NCBI GenBank assembly: GCA_964623485.1
Contig: CAZUTC010000002.1
Coordinates: 1 to 34,073, forward strand
Length of the DNA stretch: 34,073 nucleotides
Reading direction: 5' to 3'
Source: an uncultured bacterium
Lineage (GTDB): Bacteria; Hydrothermota; Tepidihabitantia; B3-TA06; CAYQJV01
Positions within the stretch are counted from its first letter, which is position 1, and each line of letters opens with the position of its first letter. The notes beneath the pieces are model-generated. The model was not told where the DNA came from. It worked only from the letters and a program-made list of their open reading frames with translations, and did not search any database. This document shows, piece by piece, positions 14,791 to 24,379 of the stretch. The translations under genes and the position numbers were made by a program.

Positions 14791-17333
14791 ACCTCCATTA
14801 AGAGTTGTTCAAGTTTTTTACATATCTCCCTTTCCTTATCAAGGGATATTCCGCCTCCTTCACCAAGTCTTTTTGAACCCCCACCACCACCTCCAAGCAG
14901 TTTACATAGCCTTTTTGCCATACTACCTGCATCTACTTTATCAGAGGCTAATACAAACTCTATCTTCTTATTTTTCTCCAAGAATAAAAAAACCAAAAAA
15001 TTTGAAAGCTTTTCCTTTATGGAGTCCAGGAGCAGTTTTGTATCCTCCCTTGATTGGGCAGATACCTTTCCGCATATAAAGTTTATCCCGTTTACCTCCT
15101 TGAGACTCTTTATGAACTCTTCTCTTTTCAGTTTTGCGAGCTCCTTCAATAGTCTTTCCTTTTCCCTTGTAAGTTCTTCCTCCTTTATCCTCTTTTCTTT
15201 TATCTTCTTTATCACATGCTCGTATGGAACCCCAAGTTCTCTTTCTATTTCTTTTAAAAGGCTTCTTATTTTTATCTCTTTTTCTTTTGCTCTTTTCCCT
15301 ACATATGCCTCTATTCTCCTTATTCCTGCTGCCACTGCTGTCTCTGATATTATCACAAAATCTCCTGTTTCTCCTGTTTTTCTGAGATGGGTGCCAGCAC
15401 ACAGTTCCTTTGAAAAGCCGGGAATTTCCACTACCCTTACTATCTCTCCATACTCCTCTCCAAAGAATGCAAGTACCCCTTCCTTTTTTGCCTTCTCCAG
15501 GGTGGTATGGTATTTCTTAATCTCAAGATCCTCTATTATTTTTTCATAAACCATCTCTTCTATTTTTTTTATCTCTTCTTCCTTAAGGGCTCTTGGTGAT
15601 GTAAAGTCAAAGCGGAGTCTTCCAGGTTCAACCAAGGACCCTTCCTGCCTTGCAATGGGTCCAAGAATACTTCTTAATACTGCATGAAGCATATGGGTTG
15701 CAGTATGGGCTCTTTCTATCTCTCTTCTTCTTTCCTTGTCTATCCTTGCATATACCTTAAGATCTTCTATCCTTCCCTTTATTCTTCCCAGCATCACCCG
15801 ATACGGACCTTCATAGACAGTATCCTCCACAGTTATCTTAAAATTTCTACCCTCTATTATTCCAGTATCTCCGACCTGTCCTCCTGCTTCAGCATAGAAA
15901 GGGGTCTTGTTTAAAACCACCGCTATTTTATCTTTTTCTATTCTGTATCTTAAGATTTCTGTCTCTATCTCATCCTTTTCGTATCCTACAAACTCTCCAA
16001 CCCCCTCTTTTAAAACTATCCAATCTCCTGGCTTCATAAACTGGGATGATTTTTTTGAAAGTGTTCTCTGCCTTTTCATTTCCTCCTCAAACTCCTCAAA
16101 ATCTATCTCAAACCCTTCCTCCTCCGCCATCTCCTTTGTTAGTTCAAAGGGAAAACCATAGGTATCGTATAGTTTAAATACCTCCTTTCCAGGGATCCTT
16201 TTTTTCTCTTTATAGGAGGACACCATTTTTTTAAAAAGAAAGATTCCTGCATCAAGGGTCTTCAAAAATCTTTCCTCCTCGGATCTTATTATAAGGGAAA
16301 CCACTTCTCTTTTTTCTTCCAGCTCGGGGTAGAAGGGGTGCATAATCTCCACCACTACTCCTGCTGCAAGGTAAAGAACCGGCTTATTAACCCCTATCTT
16401 TTTCAGTTCCCTTAATGCTCTTCGTAGTATCTTTCTGAGCACATACCCCCTTTCCTCATTGGAAGGGACCACTCCATCGGTTATTGCAAATGTTAAGGCT
16501 CTCACATGGTCTGCCGCGATATACAGAGGTATTCTTGTGTCATCTTTAATCTCAATTCCCATCTTATCTGCAAGATGTTCCACAATAGGGGCAAACAGTT
16601 CTGTTTCAAATATGCTCTTTTTATTTTCCAAAACCATGGTTGTTCTTTCAAGTCCCATCCCGGTATCTATTCCTCGGTTTTTTAAAGGAAGCCTTTTCCC
16701 GTCGGGTTGCTGATCAAACTGGGGAAACACAATATTCCATATCTCAACAAACCTTTCTCCTTCTGATGCGGGTCCCTTCTCAGGTTCCTTACAAAAGAAC
16801 TCCTCCCCCATATCATAAAATATCTCGGATGAAGGACCGCATGCTCCGGTTCCTCCTGCAGGACCCCAGAAATTGTCCTCTTCTCCCAGTTTTGTTATTC
16901 TTTTTTCATCCACTCCTATCTCGTCTCTCCATATTTTATAAGCCTCTTCATCCTCATAAAAAACAGATACCCAAAGCCTTTCAGCGGGCAATCCAAGAAC
17001 CTGGGTTACATACTCCCATGCCCATTTCAATGCCTCCTTCTTAAAGTAATCCCCAAAAGAGAAGTTTCCAAGCATCTCAAAAAATGTATTATGCTTTATT
17101 GTTTTCCCCACCTCCTCCAAATCGGTCACCCTTAAGCATTTCTGGACACTTGCTGCCCTTCGGTAGGGAGGGTCTATCTCTCCGGACCAGTATGGCTTGA
17201 ACTGGACCATTCCTGCGGATGTGAAGAGGAGGGTAGGGTCTTTCTGGGGAACCAGGGAAGAACTGGGAACAATAACATGCCCCCTTTCTTTAAAAAAATC
17301 AAGAAAACTCTTTCTTATAAACCTTGAATCCAT
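14787..17333 (-). CDS. alaS: Alanine--tRNA ligase
   Basis: FLDFFKERGH..VPSSSLVP..DPTLLFTSAGMVQFKP, FFEMLGNFSFGDYFK, the editing-domain HTATHMLH, CAGTH, and a C-terminal GGGGGS motif. The recA-recX-alaS order is also conserved. Confidence 0.97.
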   Translation of the reverse strand: MDSRFIRKSFLDFFKERGHVIVPSSSLVPQKDPTLLFTSAGMVQFKPYWSGEIDPPYRRAASVQKCLRVTDLEEVGKTIKHNTFFEMLGNFSFGDYFKKEALKWAWEYVTQVLGLPAERLWVSVFYEDEEAYKIWRDEIGVDEKRITKLGEEDNFWGPAGGTGACGPSSEIFYDMGEEFFCKEPEKGPASEGERFVEIWNIVFPQFDQQPDGKRLPLKNRGIDTGMGLERTTMVLENKKSIFETELFAPIVEHLADKMGIEIKDDTRIPLYIAADHVRALTFAITDGVVPSNEERGYVLRKILRRALRELKKIGVNKPVLYLAAGVVVEIMHPFYPELEEKREVVSLIIRSEEERFLKTLDAGIFLFKKMVSSYKEKKRIPGKEVFKLYDTYGFPFELTKEMAEEEGFEIDFEEFEEEMKRQRTLSKKSSQFMKPGDWIVLKEGVGEFVGYEKDEIETEILRYRIEKDKIAVVLNKTPFYAEAGGQVGDTGIIEGRNFKITVEDTVYEGPYRVMLGRIKGRIEDLKVYARIDKERRREIERAHTATHMLHAVLRSILGPIARQEGSLVEPGRLRFDFTSPRALKEEEIKKIEEMVYEKIIEDLEIKKYHTTLEKAKKEGVLAFFGEEYGEIVRVVEIPGFSKELCAGTHLRKTGETGDFVIISETAVAAGIRRIEAYVGKRAKEKEIKIRSLLKEIERELGVPYEHVIKKIKEKRIKEEELTREKERLLKELAKLKREEFIKSLKEVNGINFICGKVSAQSREDTKLLLDSIKEKLSNFLVFLFLEKNKKIEFVLASDKVDAGSMAKRLCKLLGGGGGGSKRLGEGGGISLDKEREICKKLEQLLMEV

Positions 17334-17764
17334 GAAAGACTCTCCTCTATTGCCTCCTGACTGAACCCTTTTTGATAAAGCTTTCTCTTTATCTCAAATA
17401 CCTCCATATCTTTCAATTCTTCTGTTATCTTTTTTGCAATCTCTTTCTCCTTTTCCCTCCATTTCTCCCATTCTTTTTCTATCTCTTGCTCATTTACCCC
17501 TCTTTTTTTAAGTTCAAAAAAAACCGCTCTCTTCCCTTTTTTCCGGAAAACAAGAATTTCTTCTATCCACATGTTTATAAACCTCTCATCATCCAACAGT
17601 CCTCTTTGACTTAAGGTTTCCACTACCTTTTTAACAACGGACTCTTCAAAACCCTTTTTTTTCAATCTTTCTTCCATCTCTCTTTTACTTCTTTCCCGGT
17701 ATCTTAAAAGAATCATTGCGTACTTCTCTGCTTCCTTTTCATCCCTCTGCATAGGGGAATGCAA
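17315..17764 (-). CDS. recX: RecA regulator RecX
   Basis: The small helical repeat protein ([38 protein letters not shown]) lies directly downstream of recA. The exact start is uncertain because the ORF overlaps the recA 3' end by 26 nt; internal ATGs at 17752 and 17716 are possible. Confidence 0.8.
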   Translation of the reverse strand: MHSPMQRDEKEAEKYAMILLRYRERSKREMEERLKKKGFEESVVKKVVETLSQRGLLDDERFINMWIEEILVFRKKGKRAVFFELKKRGVNEQEIEKEWEKWREKEKEIAKKITEELKDMEVFEIKRKLYQKGFSQEAIEESLSWIQGL

Positions 17765-18770
17765 CTTCTCTTATCTTCTTTTCCACCTCCTCCTTGATTG
17801 ATGGGTTCTCATCAAGGAATCTAATGGCTGCGTCTCTTCCTTGACCCATTCTTTGGTCTTGGTAGGAATACCAGGTACCGGTTTTATCTATTATCTTATA
17901 TTTTACTCCAAGGTCCACTATCTCTCCGGTTTTTGAGATTCCCTTTCCATACAGTATATCAAACTCAGCCTCCTTGTATGGAGGTGCAAGTTTATTCTTA
18001 ACAACTTTGACCTTCGTTCTGCTTCCTATGATCTCATCTCCCTTTTTTATAGATGCGATTCTTCTTATCTCCAGCCTTATTGAGGCATGGAATTTTAAAG
18101 CAAGTCCTCCTGGGGTGGTTTCCGGGCTTCCAAACATTACACCTATTTTATGTCTTATTTGATTTGTGAAAATCGCACATGTCTTTGACCTATTTATTAC
18201 TGCTGTGAGTTTTCGGAGAGCCTGAGACATAAGCCTTGCAATCAGCCCTATATGGGCATCTCCCATACTCCCTTCTATCTCTGCTCTTGGGACAAGTGCA
18301 GCCACCGAGTCAATAACAAATACATCTATTGCTCCCGCTCTGGTAAGCTCCTCTGCAATCTCAAGTGCCTGCTCTCCGGTATCGGGTTGGGATATCAATA
18401 AGTTATCAAGGTCTACTCCCACCGCCCTTGCATAGTTAACATCCAGGGCGTGTTCGGTATCTATAAAGGCTGCGATGCCTTTCTTTTTTTGAACCTCTGC
18501 TATAACTTGTAGGGCAAGGGTTGTCTTACCCGAAGCCTCTGGACCAAATATCTCCACCACCCTTCCTCTTGGAACACCTCCAATCCCAAGGGCAATATCA
18601 AGACTCAGGGAGCCTGTGGGGATAACATCCATGCTGGGCAGAGCAACCTTCTCTGTGAGTTTCATTATGGTCCCTTTTCCATACCTTTTTTCTATATGTG
18701 AGATTGCTCTTTCAAGAGCCTTCTTTTTTTCTATGCTCTCATTTAAATCATCTTTTTTATTTTCCTTCAT
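17739..18770 (-). CDS. recA: Recombinase RecA
   Basis: [19 protein letters not shown] (Walker A), [62 protein letters not shown]. Confidence 0.98.
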   Translation of the reverse strand: MKENKKDDLNESIEKKKALERAISHIEKRYGKGTIMKLTEKVALPSMDVIPTGSLSLDIALGIGGVPRGRVVEIFGPEASGKTTLALQVIAEVQKKKGIAAFIDTEHALDVNYARAVGVDLDNLLISQPDTGEQALEIAEELTRAGAIDVFVIDSVAALVPRAEIEGSMGDAHIGLIARLMSQALRKLTAVINRSKTCAIFTNQIRHKIGVMFGSPETTPGGLALKFHASIRLEIRRIASIKKGDEIIGSRTKVKVVKNKLAPPYKEAEFDILYGKGISKTGEIVDLGVKYKIIDKTGTWYSYQDQRMGQGRDAAIRFLDENPSIKEEVEKKIREVAFPYAEG

Positions 18771-19321
18771 TTTTTCCCCTTTCCTGCCCTCTTTGAAACA
18801 ATATGGGCAATTCTTAAAGGTTCTGGAATTTTATGTTTTAAAAATCTCAAAACTATTGCATAGGCTTCATCAACCTCTACCTTAAATCCTGGTGAGACAA
18901 ATATAACTCCTTTTCCTTCACCTGTTCTAATCGCAACTCCCCTTACCTCCTCTCCCACATGCACATAGGAAAAGCATCCTTTAAATCTTTCTGGAGGCTC
19001 AAAACTCCCCACCAAAAGCTCCTTTGCAACCCCAAGGCTTGGCAATCCGGTTATTTCTCCTACAACGGTTGCAAGCCCTCTTTTCTCAGGATGGAGTATT
19101 CCATGACCATTACAGAAAAGAACATCAAAGAAGGAGTCAATTTTTGAAAGGGCATTGATAATTAAGGGACCCTCTCTTAAAGAGAATCGAGATGGAATAT
19201 AGGGGTAGGGAATTAAGGATTCAAACACCCTTTTTACCTTAACCTCGTTCTCATCCATTATCACAACCCCGGTGAATGCTTTTTTATCAGTATAGAACAC
19301 ATCCACACCTGCTACCTTCAT
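18767..19321 (-). CDS. nfi: Endonuclease V family protein
   Basis: [48 protein letters not shown] and IPEPLRIAH are all collinear with E. coli and T. maritima EndoV. Confidence 0.85.
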   Translation of the reverse strand: MKVAGVDVFYTDKKAFTGVVIMDENEVKVKRVFESLIPYPYIPSRFSLREGPLIINALSKIDSFFDVLFCNGHGILHPEKRGLATVVGEITGLPSLGVAKELLVGSFEPPERFKGCFSYVHVGEEVRGVAIRTGEGKGVIFVSPGFKVEVDEAYAIVLRFLKHKIPEPLRIAHIVSKRAGKGKK

Positions 19322-21153
19322 TCCACAGTCACACTTTTTGCAAGGTTTCTGGGTTTATCCACATCACACCCTCTTAAAATGGCAGTATGATAGGCAAGGA
19401 GCTGAAGAGGCAATGCAATGATCATGGAGGAAAGATACTCCGGGGTCTTTGGTATGGGAATAAACCGGTAAGCCTCTTTTCGGAGCATGGCATCATCCTC
19501 ATCGCCTATTGCAATCACCTTCCCTCCCCTTGCCTTAACCTCTTTAAGATTTGAAATTATCTTGGTATATGTTGAGTCCCTGGGAGCAATCACAACTACT
19601 GGAGTATTTTCATCAACCAAGGATATTGGACCATGCTTCATCTCTCCAGCAGGATATCCGGTAGCATGGATATAGGAAATCTCTTTTAATTTAAGAGCAC
19701 CCTCCAAGGCAGAGGGATAGTTTATCCCCCTTCCAAGAAAAAGAAAATGGTTTGCATCCTTAAACTCTTTTGCTATCTCCTTTATCCTCTTGTCGGTCTT
19801 AATTACTTTTCTCATCTTATCAGGCAGTTGCAGTAACTCCTTTTTCACCTCAAGGTAAAGAGAGGAGGAAAGCCTCTGCTTTATCTTTGCAAGGTAAAGT
19901 GAGAATATAAGCAATGCAAAAATTTGAGCAGTGTATGCCTTTGTGGAAGCAACCCCTATCTCAGGTCCGGCATTGATATAGAGTACACTATCTGACTCCC
20001 TATCCAGGGATGACCTTTTTACATTTACTATCCCAAGCAATGGGATATTTGTCTCTTTCTTTATGCTTCTTATGGCATTTAAGGTATCGGCTGTTTCCCC
20101 GGACTGACTTATAGCAATTAAGAGGTCGTAATTGTTAAAAATAGGTCCTCTTGTAAAGTATTCAGATGCTATCTCCACCTCGGTATGAATACCTGCAAAA
20201 TTCTCTATATAATACCTCCCCACCAGACCTGCATGGTAGGAGGTACCGCATGCCTCTATAATTATCCTCTCGATTCTTTTTAAATCCTCAGGAGAGAGTT
20301 TAATCCCCTGTCCTAAGAAGAATCTTCCATTCTTTATTCTTAACCTGATGTTTTCCTCAAGAACCTCTGGCTGTTCCATTATCTCCTTTCTCATAAAGTT
20401 TGGATACCTCTTCTTTGTCACTGCAATATCCTTTATCTGAATGGGCTGAATCTTAGCCTCCTTTTTCTTCCCATCAAAGGTGTATATCTTAACAGGATTT
20501 CCTTGTTCCAAATCACATACTTCTCCATCCTCCATTACTATCATTCTTTTACATACTCCAACCAGTGCAAGGGGATCTGAAGCAAGAGCATACTCTTTTC
20601 TTCCTATCCCTATTATTAAAGGACTCCCTTTCTTTACTCCAACTATCCTTTTAGGATGCTCTGTGGATATAAACACTGCAGCAAAGCTCCCTTCAAGCTC
20701 CTTCACTGTTTTTATCACAGCCTTAAGAAAGTCTCCTTTATAGTGGTCTTCCAAAAGGTGAACCACCACCTCTGAGTCAGTATCTGATTTAAACCGATGT
20801 CCCTTTTTTAAAAGTCTCTCTTTAATCTCTCTATAGTTTTCTATTATTCCATTATGGACAATTGCAAATCGCTGGGTACAGTCGGTAAATGGGTGGGCAT
20901 TCTCCTCGGTCACCTCTCCATGGGTAGCCCACCTCGTATGTCCTATTCCTGCATTTCCGGTAACCCCCTTTCCATCAAGCCTTCCCATAAGGTTCTGTAA
21001 CCTTCCAACCACCTTTTCTATTTTTATCTTGTGTTCTTCAGTAATAATTGCGATACCACAGGAGTCATAGCCTCGGTACTCCAATCTTTCAAGCCCTACA
21101 AGAATAACCGATTGTATATCCTTATTTCCAGTGTATCCCACTATTCCACACAT
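19318..21153 (-). CDS. glmS: Glutamine--fructose-6-phosphate aminotransferase (isomerising)
   Basis: N-terminal MCGIVGY, GIGHTRWATHG, two SIS domains (SQSGETADT), and the C-terminal [15 protein letters not shown]. Confidence 0.97.
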   Translation of the reverse strand: MCGIVGYTGNKDIQSVILVGLERLEYRGYDSCGIAIITEEHKIKIEKVVGRLQNLMGRLDGKGVTGNAGIGHTRWATHGEVTEENAHPFTDCTQRFAIVHNGIIENYREIKERLLKKGHRFKSDTDSEVVVHLLEDHYKGDFLKAVIKTVKELEGSFAAVFISTEHPKRIVGVKKGSPLIIGIGRKEYALASDPLALVGVCKRMIVMEDGEVCDLEQGNPVKIYTFDGKKKEAKIQPIQIKDIAVTKKRYPNFMRKEIMEQPEVLEENIRLRIKNGRFFLGQGIKLSPEDLKRIERIIIEACGTSYHAGLVGRYYIENFAGIHTEVEIASEYFTRGPIFNNYDLLIAISQSGETADTLNAIRSIKKETNIPLLGIVNVKRSSLDRESDSVLYINAGPEIGVASTKAYTAQIFALLIFSLYLAKIKQRLSSSLYLEVKKELLQLPDKMRKVIKTDKRIKEIAKEFKDANHFLFLGRGINYPSALEGALKLKEISYIHATGYPAGEMKHGPISLVDENTPVVVIAPRDSTYTKIISNLKEVKARGGKVIAIGDEDDAMLRKEAYRFIPIPKTPEYLSSMIIALPLQLLAYHTAILRGCDVDKPRNLAKSVTVE

Positions 21154-22445
21154 ATCTTTTTTATCCTTTTATCTTGTTCTTTTACAAAACCCTCATCCCC
21201 TCCCTCTATTATGATTCTTGTCACAGGTTCTGTGTTGGAGTTTCTTATATGGATAAAGTAATCCTCTCCTTTTATCCACAATCCATCCTCTTCAGAGTAC
21301 TCCTTAAAATCCAAGGAGGAAAGCATCTTCTCTTTCAACCTTTTTAACTTTTTAATTCTTGGAATCTTCTTTTTCACCATATAAAAGTGTGGTAAGGAGT
21401 CTATAACATCCTTTAAACTTCCAAATTTTCTTTTCAGAGAGAGCATGAACGCCATAGCGAGAATTCCATCCCGAGTTTTATTGAATTCATACATAATAAA
21501 ACCACCGTTTCCCTCTCCACCTATCTTTATATTCTCCTTTTCCATCATTTTGACAATGTTTGCCTCTCCCACTGGTGCTCTTTTTACCTTTACTTTGTAT
21601 CTCTCTGCTATCTCATCCCCAAGCATGGAGGTAGAGTAATTCACCACTGCGTCGGTTTTTTCATGCTCAAGGAAGAAAAGAAAACAGAGAGGGAATGTAT
21701 ACTCTTCTCCTACAGCCCTTCCTTCCTCATCCACCAATGAAATCCTATCACCATCCGGGTCAAAGGCAAACCCAATTTCTGCCTCCTTATTTTTAACTAT
21801 TTTTTCAAGCTCTTTAAGATTGGAGGGGACTGGTTCAGGACCTCTCTTAAAATCTCCGGAGGGTTCTTCATTTACCATTATCACTTCAAATCCCATTTCC
21901 TCTGCCACTCGTTTTGCCTCGTACCCTGCGGCTCCATTCCCAGGGTCTATTGCTACCTTTATCCTTTTCCCCTCTTTAATTACTAAAGAATTTTCCACCA
22001 CTGCTTCTGCATGAAGTGATGCACCATGGAAAAAGAGTTCAAAACCTGATGTTTTGTGTTTCTTCTCAGGGGTCTTTTTGAGAGCCTCCATCTCCTCTGG
22101 ATAAAGAAATCTTGCTTCTCTGTGTATAAACTTCATCCCGTTCCATTCCGGAGGATTATGACTTGCAGTGACAACAATACCTCCTGATGTTCCGAGTGCT
22201 TTTGTGAGATATACGGTCCCAGGGGTTGAAATGACACCTGCAGAGTAAACCTCTGCCCCGGAGTTAAGAAGCGAAAGCAGAGATGCTCCATAAAAAAGGT
22301 TCCCGGTTTTTCTTGTATCTCTTCCTATAACAAATATACTACCATTTGTATAATTCTTAAACTTCAAAGACCACCTTTTGTAATCCTCTATATCAAGGTC
22401 CTTTCCTGCTATTCCTCTTATTCCTGAAACCGATATCATCTGCAT
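21141..22445 (-). CDS. glmM: Phosphohexomutase, probably phosphoglucosamine mutase
   Basis: GIRGIAG, the active-site loop TASHNPPEWNGMKF, the metal loop FDPDGDR, and GGEGNGG. Its position immediately upstream of glmS suggests the GlmM role. Substrate specificity cannot be read from the sequence. Confidence 0.8.
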   Translation of the reverse strand: MQMISVSGIRGIAGKDLDIEDYKRWSLKFKNYTNGSIFVIGRDTRKTGNLFYGASLLSLLNSGAEVYSAGVISTPGTVYLTKALGTSGGIVVTASHNPPEWNGMKFIHREARFLYPEEMEALKKTPEKKHKTSGFELFFHGASLHAEAVVENSLVIKEGKRIKVAIDPGNGAAGYEAKRVAEEMGFEVIMVNEEPSGDFKRGPEPVPSNLKELEKIVKNKEAEIGFAFDPDGDRISLVDEEGRAVGEEYTFPLCFLFFLEHEKTDAVVNYSTSMLGDEIAERYKVKVKRAPVGEANIVKMMEKENIKIGGEGNGGFIMYEFNKTRDGILAMAFMLSLKRKFGSLKDVIDSLPHFYMVKKKIPRIKKLKRLKEKMLSSLDFKEYSEEDGLWIKGEDYFIHIRNSNTEPVTRIIIEGGDEGFVKEQDKRIKKICVE

Positions 22446-22451
22446 TATACA

Positions 22452-22479
22452 ATTTTAATTACAACTTCCAATATGTCAA
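22452..22479 (-). promoter_or_regulatory. Putative promoter of the glmM-led gene string (leaderless-type spacing)
   Basis: On the minus strand: TTGACA (22479-22474), N16, TAAAAT (22457-22452). Six nt follow, then the glmM ATG (22445-22443). There is no SD. Confidence 0.45.
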
Positions 22480-22499
22480 ATTGATGCTTTCCCCATATA

Positions 22500-22527
22500 T
22501 TGACTTTTATAAAAGAATGGGTAAATT
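22500..22527 (+). promoter_or_regulatory. Putative promoter of the OMP-like gene / birA-coaX-tsaEB-rimI string (leaderless-type spacing)
   Basis: TTGACT (22500-22505), N16, TAAATT (22522-22527). Five nt follow, then ATG 22533. There is no SD. Confidence 0.4.
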
Positions 22528-22532
22528 TAAAT

Positions 22533-23693
22533 ATGCTTTTATGGTTTTTATTCTCAAAGGTCATCATAATAGAGCCTGAAGATAAATGTGAGATATATCT
22601 CGTGGATATGAATATAGCAAAGTTCTATCCTGATTGGGAGCTGGCATACGACTCAGTCCCCCAGGGATTTCGCACCTCCCATGGATGCCTGGACCTTATA
22701 AAATGGTATGCTTTCTATGAAGCAAAACTCATCTTTCCACTTTATAAAAATTTTGGAGCAAGATACTTTTACAAAAGGATCGATGATTATGGTATAAACT
22801 ATTATCAACACAGGATTGAACCCTATCTAAGATTTAAAAATCTTTGGTTGTTTTTGGAAGCAGTCCCCTATTTTTATAAATACAATGATGAGGCAGGAAT
22901 AGGAATAGGATACATCAAGAACTGGCTAAATTATATAGAGTTTTTCTTCATTCTTAAAGATTTTGATAGAAACTTTGCCTCCCGATTCACAGAGGAGGGA
23001 GAGGAGTTGATGCTGTATTCCCAAATTCCCTTTAGATTTGAGATAAAGGCAAGAAAGGTTTCAGAAAGGATAAGACTCAAACTAAACCACACCTTTACAA
23101 CCCTTGGGAAAAGAGTATACAAAAATCCCATAAATTACATTACAGAAAGATTCGACTCTATATGGAGCAGCACTACCGTTGAGTTTTCCCCGTTCAGGAA
23201 TATATGGATTGGAGTTCTTTTCAACTGCCGAAGAGAACAAAGGGTTTTCAACCAGTTTACCCCTGAAAAAAAGATAAAATATGATACCCTATTTTCCTAT
23301 TATCTTGAGCCTTTTTTATCTTTAGAGAATAAAAAAAATAAAGTTATCTTTGAATATACCCTTCTTCCCAAGAATCACCTCACAGATACCTCCTCCTATA
23401 TAAGGAACTGGAGAGGTATAAACATAAAGTATAGAAGGGACATCTCCTCAATTTTTAAATTCTGGGTAGGTTACCAGAGAAGTTGGAGAAAAAGAATATA
23501 CAATGGGGAGGAGGTGGAGGACAAGAGAAAAAAACAGTCAAGACTTATCTTCTCCATAGAGTTTACATTTAAAAATGGCACAAGGCTCATACTTCATGAG
23601 GGGATAGAGATGGATGGTTCTATAGAATACCGACTAAAACATCCTCACAACCATACATATATTTTATTATCCAGCCCGATAAGGAGCTTCTGA
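22533..23693 (+). CDS. Hypothetical protein, outer-membrane beta-barrel-like
   Basis: The long ORF has a Tyr/Phe/Arg-rich alternating pattern and a C-terminal ..LLSSPIRSF with terminal Phe, typical of OMPs. The start is uncertain: ATG 22533 has no SD, and the ORF-track start TTG 22500 coincides with a -35-like hexamer. Confidence 0.6.
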   Translation: MLLWFLFSKVIIIEPEDKCEIYLVDMNIAKFYPDWELAYDSVPQGFRTSHGCLDLIKWYAFYEAKLIFPLYKNFGARYFYKRIDDYGINYYQHRIEPYLRFKNLWLFLEAVPYFYKYNDEAGIGIGYIKNWLNYIEFFFILKDFDRNFASRFTEEGEELMLYSQIPFRFEIKARKVSERIRLKLNHTFTTLGKRVYKNPINYITERFDSIWSSTTVEFSPFRNIWIGVLFNCRREQRVFNQFTPEKKIKYDTLFSYYLEPFLSLENKKNKVIFEYTLLPKNHLTDTSSYIRNWRGINIKYRRDISSIFKFWVGYQRSWRKRIYNGEEVEDKRKKQSRLIFSIEFTFKNGTRLILHEGIEMDGSIEYRLKHPHNHTYILLSSPIRSF

Positions 23694-24379
23694 TGCGTAT
23701 AATTCGCTTTGAGAATATAGACTCAACTCAGGAGCATGCAAAGAGAGTGAAGATACCTCCTCCCTTTGTGGTGGTTTCAAAGAAACAGCTGAATGGAAAA
23801 GGGAGATTTGGAAGGCAGTGGTTCTCTCCAGAAGGAGGATTATGGATGACCTATGTGGAGAAATCAAAAAAATTAAGACATCCAGGAATCCCCCTTGGAG
23901 TATCCATCGCCATTACCAGATACTTAGAAAAGGAAAAAATTAAGACCAAAATAAAGCCCCCAAATGATGTATATACAAAAAATGGAAAGATGGGAGGAAT
24001 ACTTGTTGAATTCTCCGGGGAAAACATTTTCATAGGAGTTGGACTTAATGTCAATTTAGAATACTTTCCCTCTTATATAAATGCGACATCCATGTATATT
24101 GAAACAGGAAAAAAATATGATATTGAGGAGGTAATGTATGGGGTGATAGATGAGATAAAGAGCTTTTTAAAGACCTTTAAAGATAAGGGATTTTCTTACT
24201 TCCTAAAAGAGATAAAGGAAAAAACATCTATAATAGGAGAGAATGTAAAAATAGAAACATCTGACCGGTGGTTTGAGGGAACAATAAATGATATAGATGA
24301 AAAAGGAAATCTTGCCCTAACCTCAAATCATGGTAAACCATTTACCGTAAATTTGGAGGAGGTGGTTAAGATATTATGA
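23693..24379 (+). CDS. birA: Biotin--[acetyl-CoA-carboxylase] ligase (class I, no HTH domain)
   Basis: The motif is GKGRFGRQWFSPEGGLWMT (consensus GRGRxGRxWxSP). At 228 aa it has no N-terminal DNA-binding domain. Its ATG overlaps the upstream stop. Confidence 0.85.
   Translation: MRIIRFENIDSTQEHAKRVKIPPPFVVVSKKQLNGKGRFGRQWFSPEGGLWMTYVEKSKKLRHPGIPLGVSIAITRYLEKEKIKTKIKPPNDVYTKNGKMGGILVEFSGENIFIGVGLNVNLEYFPSYINATSMYIETGKKYDIEEVMYGVIDEIKSFLKTFKDKGFSYFLKEIKEKTSIIGENVKIETSDRWFEGTINDIDEKGNLALTSNHGKPFTVNLEEVVKIL

Noticed and set aside
14968-15402. There is a Lys/Arg-rich 144-aa minus-strand ORF, and several plus-strand ORFs (14624-17044), inside alaS.
   Set aside because: alaS is full-length with all class-II and editing motifs in its own frame. 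The other ORFs are low-complexity frame artefacts of a Glu/Lys-rich gene.
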